The notes under the pieces were generated by a model. It had not been told where the DNA came from. It did not search any database and saw nothing but the letters and a program-made list of their open reading frames with translations. 64,000 nucleotides of DNA from Neoechinorhynchus agilis (Eukaryota; Animalia; Acanthocephala): NCBI GenBank assembly GCA_051530055.1, contig CM121341.1:7790784-7854783 (forward strand), written 5' to 3'. Shown one piece after another: positions 1 through 11,560 of the stretch (the first letter of the stretch is position 1; each line of letters starts with the position of its first letter). The translations under genes were made by a program, and so were the position numbers.

Positions 1-476
1 AACGTCTTTTATGTCACGTCTTAATTTAAAAATCAATAATCGATCAATAAAGGTGAATTTGGAAACTTTACATTGGGTTTTTCTGAAATTTTAAGTCTTT
101 CTGGGGGCAATATTTATTAATACGTTTTGGAATTTATAATTTTTGATCCAAATTGGTAGATCCCATTATCGATTTTTCATCGATCGTCGATTTCTTCTCT
201 TGTAGACCTTTTCAAAACGTCGTTTATGTCACGTCTTTTTTAAAAATCAATAATCGATCAATATAGGTGAATTTGGAAACTTTACATTGGGTTTTTCTGA
301 GAATCAAAGTCTTTCTGGGGGCAATATTTATTGATACGTTCTAGAATTTATAATCTTTGATCCAAATTAGTTGATACCATTATCGATTTTTCATCGATCG
401 TCGATTTCTTCTCTTGTAGACCTTTTCAAGAAAGGTTTTTTATGTCACGTCTTTGAAAAAATCAATAATCGATCGC
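1..476. repeat. Tandem repeat family A (~215 bp unit, ~2 copies, cut by window start)
   Basis: ATGTCACGTC recurs at 11, 226 and 442. The reverse complement array lies at 56647-57775. Confidence 0.9.
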
Positions 477-1532
477 TAATAAATTGATTATGGCAATCAA
501 GTCCTTCAATTTAGCCTTTCGTTGATTGGGTTGCGTAACCTGAAGAAATTTTGGCTGATCTTCAAATTTTGATCACTGACCAAAGGATCGGAAAATGCGT
601 TAATTGCCGAATGCTCATCTTTGTAGTCAAGATTAAAGAGTGTTTCCACTTTTAATCCACGCAAACAGATCAAAAGTACGAACGGATCATTAAAACGATC
701 ATAGATTTTTGAATTATGGTCGTCCTGGCGATTCTTAAAGTTTAAAATTGAAAATTGATTTTTTAATGCATGCGATGACTAATCTTTAACATGATTTTAA
801 ATTGATTTTTTTCCATTTAAAAATTCAGTACAATTTGGTATTCTGCCAAAAGTCCATTATGTTCCTCACGTTTTCGTGAAAGTGGCAACTTTAAGTAAAT
901 CAGATGAGAATTTAGCGAATGTGAAAGCTTAATTTATCTTATGAGTGTGAAATGGACTTATTATCTTAATTTTCCTTGAGAACATAATGGAAAAGCTTTA
1001 GTTTTTTTGCACTGTAAAATCTTCTCATATTTTCATAGACTGTGAAAGCTTTGGATGATAATTTGATTTTTCGTAATTCACACCAAGACTTGTCTATGTT
1101 CGATATTAAAGATTTTATCAATGACTTCCTTCTTAGTTGCTCAATTAATTCGATTTTTTATCGAGATCACAATCATAAACTCAAAGTAAAGCTAACACCG
1201 AGCCGTGATTAATTTCGCAATGTGCCATCGTTTTCTTATGGAAAACTGATCCAGATACGATCTAATGGTCAGCGGTCTCATGTTTCCACATTTGAACTGC
1301 GCTGTTTGGGATCCAAAAACTTACGATTTTGATGTGCGTTATCGATTTTAAAAGAAATTAGTCGGCTTTTTTATTTGAACGAATCGGTTTATCAAATGTG
1401 ACAAACTGAAAAAAAAGAAGGAATTTATGGGAAGGATTCGTAACCTTTAAGATTTATAGTTTGTGATATGATTAAAGAATTTATAAATTTTTATTACACA
1501 TCCTCAGATTTACAAAATAATCCCATTTGAAA

Positions 1533-1958
1533 TCATCGCTGTACAAGAATGAGAGGTTTAAAGTATTTCGGAGCTTTTAAAAACTTAAAGTTGAATGTCG
1601 ATTTCGTTGAAGTATTCTTGAAGCATTGCTGCGTTGCTTTCACTGAATAATCGTTTGCCAAAATTTGTTCAATCGAAAACGACAAACGTTCCTTCTTTGT
1701 TCGGACTCTTCGCTGGCAAGGTTCAATGTTTTCTTTGAAACTTTTTGATTTTGAACGTTCTCTTTTATTAGCCAACCATTTGGTTATTTGTCCTCGTCGA
1801 AGTCCTGTTGTGCTTGAAGCCGTTTCAAGGTCGAACGATGTCATGTAAGGACATTGGCGATTTTCTTCAAACCATTTGTTAAGATAAGAAATTGCTTCAT
1901 TGCTAAAACGAATGTTTCGTCTGTTCGAAAGCATCGCGTTCAAGTTGTTGGTTTGCAT
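1533..1958 (-). CDS. Divergent TALE-class homeodomain protein with eh1 motif (copy 1)
   Basis: RRNIRFSNEAISYLNKWFEENRQCPYM...GLRRGQITKWLANKRER has a 3-aa loop extension (F-x7-Y) and W48/N51/R53. FSIEQIL follows downstream. Confidence 0.8.
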   Translation of the reverse strand: MQTNNLNAMLSNRRNIRFSNEAISYLNKWFEENRQCPYMTSFDLETASSTTGLRRGQITKWLANKRERSKSKSFKENIEPCQRRVRTKKERLSFSIEQILANDYSVKATQQCFKNTSTKSTFNFKFLKAPKYFKPLILVQR

Positions 1959-3599
1959 TGGTTTTCTCTATTTCTGGAAACGATCAACGAGTAGCCTTTC
2001 GTTTGCTTAGTAGTAAATTAATCAGATAATGATCCAGCCAATCAGATTTCAGTATCGTTTTCTTGATCATGGAGATACCGAGATCGATGCTATAATTAGT
2101 TTTCGTGTTCAAGTGTGAACATTATGCAATCGCAAAAATTAAGGAAGTCGTCATGCTCATTTTAGTGGCCGATAATGAATTCAAATTTCTACTCTTTCAT
2201 AAGCGAATTCATTATAGTGATTAAAGATTTTATCAGTTTTTTTTTGGCATCTCAGCAATCGGATTTTATTAAGGCTTTCAAATTCACATTTTTTGTTAAA
2301 ATTTAAAAAACATGGGAATTTCGTCCATATAAATCTTTTGTTTGACGGATGCTTTGGATGCAAGAATGAAATTAATGTGCAATATTGGTTTTGTTTGTAG
2401 ACAATCGATTGAGCAGATCCAACAGGGAATCTAATTTCGATTCTCATTATATTGACGGGAAGCATTTTGAATTTCCAGGCGTGTACTCTATTGCAATGCA
2501 AGATCTCGGATAAAAATTTTAGGAAGTAAATCACAAATTTATATTAGGAATTTTCTTTTGTATAATAATTGTTGCTTTTTGATGGAATTTACTGGAATTT
2601 CAAATTTTTTTGTAAAGAAATTATTATAGTTTCAGCTTCAATTAGCGATGTTTGATTAAGAAAATAGATTTATCTTGAAACTTTTCGGCCTTTTCGTTGG
2701 CCTTCTTCAGTCAATTGCTTGTAAGTATTTTCAAATTTTGTATTTTTTTAGAGTTTACTTGATTTTGACCATGTAATTTAAGTAAATTCAATAGTTCACT
2801 TTCCCATGTCGATTCATCTACTTCTCAATGATCTTCTCGATTCCGAAAATTCAGCTAATTTTTAACATTGCAAGTTCATTGCTCCTTGAGATCATTACGC
2901 ACTGCGACCGTGAATCTTAAGTGCACTGAGCACTTTAATTCAACCGTTCGCTTGTCCATTTATTAATTATGAAAATTGAGTGCGTGTTTTAAAAAGGTCG
3001 CTTAACTAATGAAGATATTTCAGAGGCCTTTTTCATGTTTTGCTTTGAAGAAATCCTCTTCTTTGATTATATTATCTCCGAAAACAAAAGAAAAAGCAAG
3101 TCCAAAAGCAATTGCATAATGAAGCTGTGTACTAACTTAGACCCCGAACTATTCTTTAAAGTGTTTATGGCGGAAAAATTGAAGGAATTTATCAAGCCTG
3201 ATATTTCGGCGCTTTATCAAAGTCACACAAAGATTTTCAAATTTCTACTTTCTGGCAACCTAAGATTGTGCGTAGAAATATGGAATTTAATAAATTCCTA
3301 CAATTTTTCCGCCTTCAAAAATGCTTTTAAGTGAAATGACTTTACGAATCGGACAAGATTCAATCAAGAGATTATTGTAATACCCCTTTTGAGTTTAGAT
3401 GAACCTCGGTCATAATCCATCCTTTTGAATTCGATTTGTGTTAGAATAAAATTAAGCTGCTGTATTTAGCACACCATTTGTTGAAATACCGAGTGGAAAT
3501 TCCGATATTGGCAAACTCATATCAGTTTGTGAACGAAACTTTAAAAAATGGAGGTTAAAGTCGATTGTTTAGGTTTTTTGAAACCATTAAATTAGTACA

Positions 3600-3790
3600 A
3601 AACGCGCAATCACCACCGTCCGCAAAAATTGGAGCTTCTCTCCTTCCTCGGCTGTCGCTATCACGTTAGCAGCATTGCCGCGTTGTACTGCAAACGAGAT
3701 ATTTTGTCTTCATCGCCGATCGTTTCTCTCAACTTCACTGGTTTACTTGGCATCTTTCGCTGTAATGTTTGATTAATTTTAGATTAATGT
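3600..3790 (-). mobile_element. 3' end relic of CRE-clade (RLE) non-LTR retrotransposon
   Basis: Minus strand translates KLRETIGD...[25 protein letters not shown]. Shares the 3' tail GGACGGTGGTGATTG with the copy ending near 5056. Confidence 0.75.
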
Positions 3791-3899
3791 GTCCATTGCT
3801 TTGATACTTTAGTTAAGCGTAGCGACATTGAAGTGTCGAAAGTTCGTCTCGATTGTCTTTAAAAGCTGATGTCCAGTTTCGTATAGATCGCTTCAGGAA

Positions 3900-5060
3900 T
3901 GGAATTCCCAACTATTGACTCTTCAACATCGCCATGTAATTTGTGGCTCTATTTCTGATCAAGAATACCCTCTTCATTCCGAAACTACTTTATAAACTGC
4001 GCACGGCTTCCTTCTCAAGCACATCGATAAGTTAAAGAAGTTCGATGACATTGTGAAGGCGTGTCTTGAGCACATTTTAAATATCCAGCTATCAGACGAG
4101 CCCTGGCGACAAGCTTCATTGCCTGTATCGTCCGGTGCCTTGGGTATTCGAGAAACAGTAGAATGTGTCGTTGCCCACGTATTTGGGATCATTCGAAGGG
4201 AGTCGGGATCTGGTAAAACGTATACTGGGACCGAAGTTCTGTTTAACGGACGAATTTCTAGTAGCGGTCCAAGAATGGTAGGAGCAAACGGGTTACAACC
4301 AAGTTCCCGTGAATGAAGCAGTCTAACGGGGATTAACCTTTAGTCGCCCTAGCTCATAGTTCTCTAATTTCAGGCTCTCGAGACGAGGTCGACCGGGCTA
4401 GATTGCTGGCAGTCTCTGCAAGAGAACCGGGAGCATGGTTAGAAGCCCTACTCCGTGGGAACGCTCTTCGTAGACGAAGCAGTTCGGATCGGAGTGTCCC
4501 TCAGATTAGGTCTACCGATTTGTGTCGAACATCGTTGCCGGTGTGGAATGATCGTGGATCCACTACATGGTCTTGTTTGCAACAAATCAGGGGGTCGTTT
4601 CTCACGGAATGCTGAAATGAACGACGTAATTTCGCGTGCCCTAAATACGGTCAACGTCCCAAACATTTTAGAGCCAAGAAACCTGTTCGGGTTGGATGGT
4701 CGTCGTCCGGATGGCTCCCGTGGCGAAAAGGCAAATGTCTTCTCCTGGACGTGTGGTGCAGTCCCCAGGGGAAGCGGCTGCTGCGGCGGAGGACCGAAAG
4801 GTGGCCAAATCTAAGGAATTAAGTAGATCTGACGTTTTTATACCCTTTGGAGTGGAGACTCTTGGTGCGCTCGGTAGCGCGGCACTTAGATTTACGAAGG
4901 AGTTATCGACTAGACTCCAGGCCAAGACATGAAATACAAGAGCCGATGCCTTCCTACGCCAAAATATTGTGTGGTCGCGATCCAAAGAGGAAACGCAGCG
5001 AGTGTGGTCGCGATCACTGAGGGGAGAGCGACGACTCTTCGTGGACGGTGGTGATTGTTT
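3900..5060 (+). mobile_element. Degraded, 5'-truncated CRE-clade non-LTR retrotransposon (RT C-terminus, zinc knuckle, restriction-like endonuclease)
   Basis: Frameshifted motifs in expected order: [101 protein letters not shown]. Confidence 0.85.
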
Positions 5061-5365
5061 AAACGTTTTTTGTAGTGTTTGTAACAAAAAGTATAATAAA
5101 ATTTCGACACATGTAATTGAAACTGAAAATAAAAAGGTCTCGTTCTGGTCGATTGTCAAAATATATAAAATAACGATTGCATTAAACATTTAAATAGGTA
5201 GTTGTTGGTTCGAGTATAAACGTGAACCGATTGGCCGTTTTAAAATAGTTATTTGAATCTTTTTCCACTTTATATAGGACCAAAAAACACATTCAGAAAC
5301 AACATTCTCCCCTCCAAAGTCAACTGGTTAATTCATACACTTCATTGTCATCCAAGTCCTTTTAG

Positions 5366-5638
5366 ATGAAGGTCAAAGTAAAGAAAGTTTATGCAGTTGC
5401 TCGTTGGAGATGGAACGTCGAAGAAGATGACTGTGGAATATGTCGTAATTCATTTAATGCCTGTTGCTCGGAATGTGCTGAGCCAGGAAGGAATTGTCCA
5501 GTCGTAAAAGGACAATGTTCCCATGTATTTCATGAACATTGTATCGCTGAATGGCTAACATCTAACCATACGATTGCCAATGATGCACGATATTGTCCAA
5601 TGTGCCGACAACCTTGGGTACAAAGAAGAAACCTTTAG
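5366..5638 (+). CDS. ANAPC11: Anaphase-promoting complex subunit 11 (RING-H2)
   Basis: MKVKVK..AV.RW.W....CGICR..F..CC..C..PG..CP.V.GQCSH.FH.HCI..WL...CPMCRQ.W signature; single exon. Confidence 0.93.
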   Translation: MKVKVKKVYAVARWRWNVEEDDCGICRNSFNACCSECAEPGRNCPVVKGQCSHVFHEHCIAEWLTSNHTIANDARYCPMCRQPWVQRRNL

Positions 5639-5799
5639 TATCAATAAAAATAATTCTAATGTGTCGGGCGAGTGTTTCCTTTAGTCCACAATAATCACTG
5701 TTCAAAATATCGAAAGATTTGCTAAAAAAACCCAATAATAACACTTTCATTTGTTTAGTCCTCGTTTGGATCCTCATATACATTCGAGTTCTACGGATT

Positions 5800-6330
5800 C
5801 CGTTGGGTGGGAAGGTCCGTTTTTGGTGGGGATTGGTGGTTATTGTTTGTAAGAGTTTGTGAGGTTTTTGTTACCTTCTTCAAGTTCATTTCGGTTCATG
5901 AAGTCCGAGAAGATTATGTAGTATGGAAAAAAAGAGCAGACGGAATTGGGATTACGAGTGTTGTGCTCAAAATTGTGATGGTAGGGTTGAGAAACGTTTT
6001 GATTGTTTGTTAAAAATCTTATAAAGACATTCAGTGAGAAAGGTTTTTTATGAAGAATTTCAAGACGACGGATTAGCGATTTGGAAAGGTTGCAAAATAC
6101 GAGGTAACCGTGGGTGAGAGAAGGTAGGATAAAGCAGAAAATTTGGAGAGATCGGATGAAGATACTCTTAAATGGCGGAGACGCTTGATGAGATAAATTT
6201 TAAAGGTGTTGATCTTTAGGTAAAGTGAAATGTGCGAGTCCCATTTCGGGTTTGATTGAAATTGGAGACCCAGAATTCTGAGGAGGAGGAGGTGACTCGT
6301 AAGATGTCATTTGGAAACTCGAAGTAGGAT
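5800..6330 (-). mobile_element. L2/CR1-clade LINE reverse-transcriptase C-terminal relic
   Basis: Minus strand: LRILGLQFQSNPKWDSHI...KIYLIKRLRHLRVSSSDL, then after a frameshift VFCNLSKSLIRRLEILHKK. Confidence 0.65.
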
Positions 6331-6390
6331 ATGAGATTGCGGGAGATTGAGGAAAATCTTTAGAATCAGAGACGGTAAGCTCAAAATTTA

Positions 6391-7465
6391 TTAAATAATA
6401 CGAATCGGATCATCGCCATCATTAAGTATGTCTATTTCTAGCTCAGGAAATAATGTTTTCAGTGCACCCAGCAACACATCTAAGAGATATCCTCGCTCAC
6501 AATTTGAATGTTCGGTCAAAACGACGATTATATCGCGATGGATGGCATCAAGCAGTTGGTGGTGACCCATTTCACCGGTTAAGAACATAGAATTCGACGG
6601 TACATGTTTTAATAGAGATCCACCAGATCCAGGACAAATAGCGATTGATCGAACTTTAGGATCTTCGACGTGATTAGAGGTTACTCGAAGGTGGTTCAGC
6701 TTCAGGAAATTCTTTATAAGTTGAACAATTCTCGATACTTCAATAGGACTTTTTAAGCTAACAAGTCGTCCATTGCCCATCCAATGATTCGACATTAAGA
6801 ATGAGAACCTTTGTTTTTGCGCCATAGCAATACTTGTGTCCATCAGGCCAGTGATTTCTTGTCGTTCAAGGGGTTCCAGTGTAAAATCCATCTTTGCTAA
6901 AAAGAAAGTTTATTCTTTTAAGCGAGTAGTTAAGCTTAAACCTGACCTATTTAAAGCGTTCGCATGACCTTAAAAAAACTTAAATTCGAAAAATTCAAAG
7001 ATTAACTTAGGGCAGTTTGTTTTTATGGAAACGGAACACTCTCCGACCTCTAGAAGGAAAAGCAACGATTTAAGGAAGATTACCTTCTTTGAACATCGAT
7101 GCTAGCCAATCATTTACTCCACCGTACATACTGTCAAGGGCAGTATGAGGAGAGTAAATTGAAAGATTATTTTGAATACACTTCAACATTATCTCCTTCT
7201 GCCAATCGGACTCGGTTATGATCGATTTTATCGATCGGAAAATGATTGGATGATAGGTTAAGATCAAGCAGTGTTCGTTGTTGCTCTTGTTGATAGCGTC
7301 CTGAAGGGCTTTTGAAGTTAGGTCGTTTGTTAGAAACATGCGATGAACGAGGCGTGACTGGTCGCCAACAAGAAGACCGACGTTGTCCCATTCAGCCGCA
7401 GATTGGATGGTGAACAAAGCCGATAAGCGATTTGAAAGTATCTTTAATGTCATTTGTGCTGACAT
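6391..7465 (-). CDS. NIF3L1: NIF3-like protein 1 (DUF34 family), spliced
   Basis: AAEWDNVGLLVG, LTNDLT, YHPIIF, YSPHTALD, GVNDWLA; AICPGSGG, LTGEMGHH, HSNCERGYL. Intron(s) lie between ~6896 and ~7083; exact exon structure unresolved. Confidence 0.93.
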
Positions 7466-7519
7466 ATCTGAAAAAAACTTGACGTGAATAAACGTAAAGT
7501 ACCATTGTTATTGTGATTT

Positions 7520-10500
7520 TATCGGTAGATGTTCAAAAATCACCATAGCCAAAGGATTGTCACTTCGGACGTTCATTGGCTGAATATTTACGGATTTTGG
7601 CGGAACCTTTTTTGGGGGGCGGAGGTATTGAGAAAACCACTTCAGTATTAAAAAAAAGGCGATTGAACCCTTCATTTCGGTGAGTCCGATTTTCGGTTAG
7701 ATGTTCAAAAATAACTATAGCCAAAGGATTGTCACTTCGGACGTTCATTCGCTGAATATTTACGGATTTTGGCGTAACCTTTTTTTGGGCGACGACGGAC
7801 GTATTGAGAAAACCACTTCAGTAATAAAAAAGCGATTGAATCCTTCGTTTCTCTGAGTCCGTTTTTCGGTTAGATGTTCAAAAATCACTATAGCCAAAGG
7901 ATTGTCACTTCGGACGTTCATTGGCTGAATATTTACGAATTTTGGCGTAACCTTTTTTGGAAGGCGGAGGTATTGAGAAAACCACTTCAGTAATAAAAAA
8001 GCGATTGAATCCTTCGTTTCTGTGAGTCCGTTTTTCGGTTAGATGTTCAAAAATCACTATAGCCAAAGGATTGTCGCTTCGGACGTTCATTCGCTGAATA
8101 TTTACGGATTTTGGCGTAACCTTTTTTTGGGGGGCGGAGGTATTGAGAAAACCACTTCAGTAATAAAAAAAGCGATTGAACCCTTCATTTCGGTGAGTCC
8201 GTTTTTCGGTTAGATGTTCAAAAATCACCATAGCCAAAGGATTGTCGCTTCGGACGTTCATTCGCTGAATATTTACGGATTTTGGCGTAACCTTTTTTTG
8301 GGCGACGACGGACGTATTGAGAAAACCACTTCAGTATTAAAAAAAGGCGATTGAACCCTTCGTTTCTGTGAGTCCGTTTTTCGGTTAGATGTTCAAAAAT
8401 CACCATAGCCAAAGGATTGTCACTTCGGACGTTCATTGGCTGAATATTTACGGATTTTGGCGGAACCTTTTTTGGAAGGCGGAGGTATTGAGAAAACCAC
8501 TTCAGTAATAAAAAAGCGATTGAATCCTTCGTTTCTGTGAGTCCGTTTTTCGGTTAGATGTTCAAAAATCACCATAGCCAAAGGATTGTCACTTCGGACG
8601 TTCATTCGCTGAATATTTACGGATTTTGGCGTAACCTTTTTTTGGGCGACGACGGACGTATTGAGAAAACCACTTCAGTATTAAAAAAAGGCGATTGAAC
8701 CCTTCGTTTCGGTGAGTCCGTTTTTCGGTTAGATGTTCAAAAATCACCATAGCCAAAGGATTGTCGCTTCGGACGTTCATTGGCTGAATATTTACGGATT
8801 TTGGCGGAACCTTTTTTTGGGGGGGGAGGTATTGAGAAAACCACTTCAGTATTAAAAAAAGGCGATTGAACCCTTCGTTTCTGTGAGTCCGTTTTTCGGT
8901 TAGATGTTCAAAAATCACTATAGCCAAAGGATTGTCGCTTCGGACGTTCATTCGCTGAATATTTACGGATTTTGGCGTAACCTTTTTTTGGGCGACGACG
9001 GACGTATTGAGAAAACCACTTCAGTATTAAAAAAGCGATTGAATCCTTCGTTTCTGTGAGTCCGTTTTTCGGTAGATGTTCAAAAATCACCATAGCCAAA
9101 GGATTGTCGCTTCGGACGTTCATTGGCTGAATATTTACGGATTTTGGCGGAACCTTTTTTTGGGGGGGCGGAGGTATTGAGAAAACCACTTCAGTATTAA
9201 AAAAGCGATTGAATCCTTCGTTTCGGTGAGTCCGTTTTTCGGTTGATGTTCAAAAATCACCATAGCCAAAGGATTGTCGCTTCGGACGTTCATTCGCTGA
9301 ATATTTACGGATTTTGGCGTAACCTTTTTGGGCGACGACGGACGTATTGAGAAAACCACTTCAGTAATAAAAAAGCGATTGAATCCTTCGTTTCGCTGAT
9401 TCCGTTTTTCGGTAGATGTTCAAAAATCACCATAGCCAAAGGATTGTCGCTTCGGACGTTCATTGGCTGAATATTTACGGATTTTGGCGGAACCTTTTTT
9501 TGGGCGACGACGGACGTATTGAGAAAACCACTTCAGTATTAAAAAAGCGATTGAATCCTTCGTTTCTGTGAGTCCGTTTTTCGGTAGATGTTCAAAAATC
9601 ACCATAGCCAAAGGATTGTCGCTTCGGACGTTCATTGGCTGAATATTTACGGATTTTGGCGGAACTTTTTTTTGGGGGGGAGGACGTATTGAGAAAACCA
9701 CTTCAGTATTAAAAAAGCGATTGAATCCTTCGTTTCGGTGAGTCCGTTTTTCGGTAGATGTTCAAAAATCACCATAGCCAAAGGATTGTCGCCTCGGACG
9801 TTCATTGGCTGAATATTTACGGATTTTGGCGTAACCTTTTTTGGGCGACGACGGACGTATTGAGAAAACCACTTCAGTAATAAAAAAGCGATTGAATCCT
9901 TCGTTTCGCTGATTCCGTTTTTTTCGGTAGATGTTCAAAAATCACCATAGCCAAAGGATTGTCGCTTCGGACGTTCATTCGCTGAATATTTACGGATTTT
10001 GGCGTAACCTTTTTTTGGGCGACGACGGACGTATTGAGAAAACCACTTCAGTATTAAAAAAAGGCGATTGAACCCTTCGTTTCGGTGAGTCCGTTTTTCG
10101 GTTAGATGTTCAAAAATCACCATAGCCAAAGGATTGTCGCTTCGGACGTTCATTGGCTGAATATTTACGGATTTTGGCGGAACCTTTTTTTGGGGGGGAG
10201 GTATTGAGAAAACCACTTCAGTATTAAAAAAGCGATTGAACCCTTCGTTTCGGTGAGTCCGTTTTTCGGTTAGATGTTCAAAAATCACTATAGCCAAAGG
10301 ATTGTCACTTCGGACGTTCATTGGCTGAATATTTACGGATTTTGGCGTAACCTTTTTGCGACGACGGACGTATTGAGAAAACCACTTCAGTATTAAAAAA
10401 GGCGATTGAATCCTTCGTTTCGCTGATTCCGTGTTTTTTTCGGTAGATGTTCAAAAATCACCATAGCCAAAGGATTGTCGCTTCGGACGTTCATTGGCTG

Positions 10501-11340
10501 AATATTTACGGATTTTGGCGGAACCTTTTTTTGGGGGGGAGGTATTGAGAAAACCACTTCAGTATTAAAAAAGCGATTGAATCCTTCGTTTCTGTGAGTC
10601 CGTTTTTCGGTTAGATGTTCAAAAATCACCATAGCCAAAGGATTGTCGCTTCGGACGTTCATTGGCTGAATATTTACGGATTTTGGCGGAACCTTTTTTT
10701 GGGGGGACGGACGTATTGAGAAAACCACTTCAGTATTAAAAAAGGCGATTGAATCCTTCGTTTCGGTGAGTCCGTTTTTCGGTAGATGTTCAAAAATCAC
10801 CATAGCCAAAGGATTGTCGCTTCGGACGTTCATTCGCTGAATATTTACGGATTTTGGCGTAACCTTTTTTTGGGCGACGACGGACGTATTGAGAAAACCA
10901 CTTCAGTAATAAAAAAGCGATTGAATCCTTCGTTTCTGTGAGTCCGTTTTTCGGTAGATATTCAAAAATCACCATAGCCAAAGGATTGTCGCCTCGGACG
11001 TTCATTGGCTGAATATTTACAGATTTTGGCGTAACCTTTTTTTGGGCGACGACGGACGTATTGAGAAAACCACTTCAGTAATAAAAAAACGATTGAATCC
11101 TTCGTTTCTGTGAGTCCGTTTTTCGGTAGATATTCAAAAATCACCATAGCCAAAGGATTGTCGCCTCGGACGATCATTGGCTGAATATTTACGAATTTTG
11201 GCGGAACCTTTTTTTGGGCGACGACGGACGTATTGAGAAAACCGCTTCAGTATTAAAAAAAGCGATTGAATCGTTCGTTGCCGTGGTTCCGTTTTTTTTC
11301 GGTTAAATGTTCAAAAATCACCATAGCCAAAGGATTGTGT
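7520..11340. repeat. Tandem satellite B (~172 bp unit, ~22 copies)
   Basis: GTTCAAAAATCACCATAGCCAAAGGATTGTC recurs every ~172 bp (7531, 7703, 7876...). ORFs here are repeat translations. Confidence 0.97.
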
Positions 11341-11560
11341 AAAAACGTTGAAAAAAGCGCCACAATCTCCCCGGACGTTTATTGGCTGAATACTTTTGAA
11401 TGTTGTATTTTCGATTCTTTCACTATCAAACGACGACGACGACGACGTACTGCTCGGTGTATCGATCCAAAATGCGTTTTCAAGTATTGACGAACATTGA
11501 AGATTCTTAAAGTGTAAGTCGATTTCTCTAACTTTTGTGCCTCCTTTAAAAGCGAACGCA

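Larger units (their letters stand above)
1..2437 (-). repeat. Left arm of large inverted segmental duplication (partner 54686-~57120)
   Basis: Reverse complement matches 54686 onward with only scattered substitutions. Homology ends at ...CTAATTT|CGA (2437). Confidence 0.95.

Noticed and set aside
2620-2710. ~90 bp dispersed repeat also at ~17251-17330 (inverted), with a GGCC-AACGAAAA-GGCC mini-hairpin also echoed near 22610
   Set aside because: The similarity is real but too short to classify. There is no TSD or terminal structure, so it was not called as an element.
3600-5060. Twin-priming inversion of a single CRE element
   Set aside because: Both orientations contain the same terminal QRGNAA segment and differ in sequence, so they are independent insertions.
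7520-11340. Many overlapping ORFs (MNVRSDNPLA...) and a CRISPR-like look
   Set aside because: These are translations of a 172 bp satellite. There are no unique spacers and no cas genes, and the context is eukaryotic.
7520-11340. SL RNA gene array (minus strand has AAAG|GTTACG and an Sm-like GATTTTTGA)
   Set aside because: The donor is weak and variable between units, and no convincing SL stem-loop architecture was found. Such short motifs are expected by chance in AT-rich DNA.
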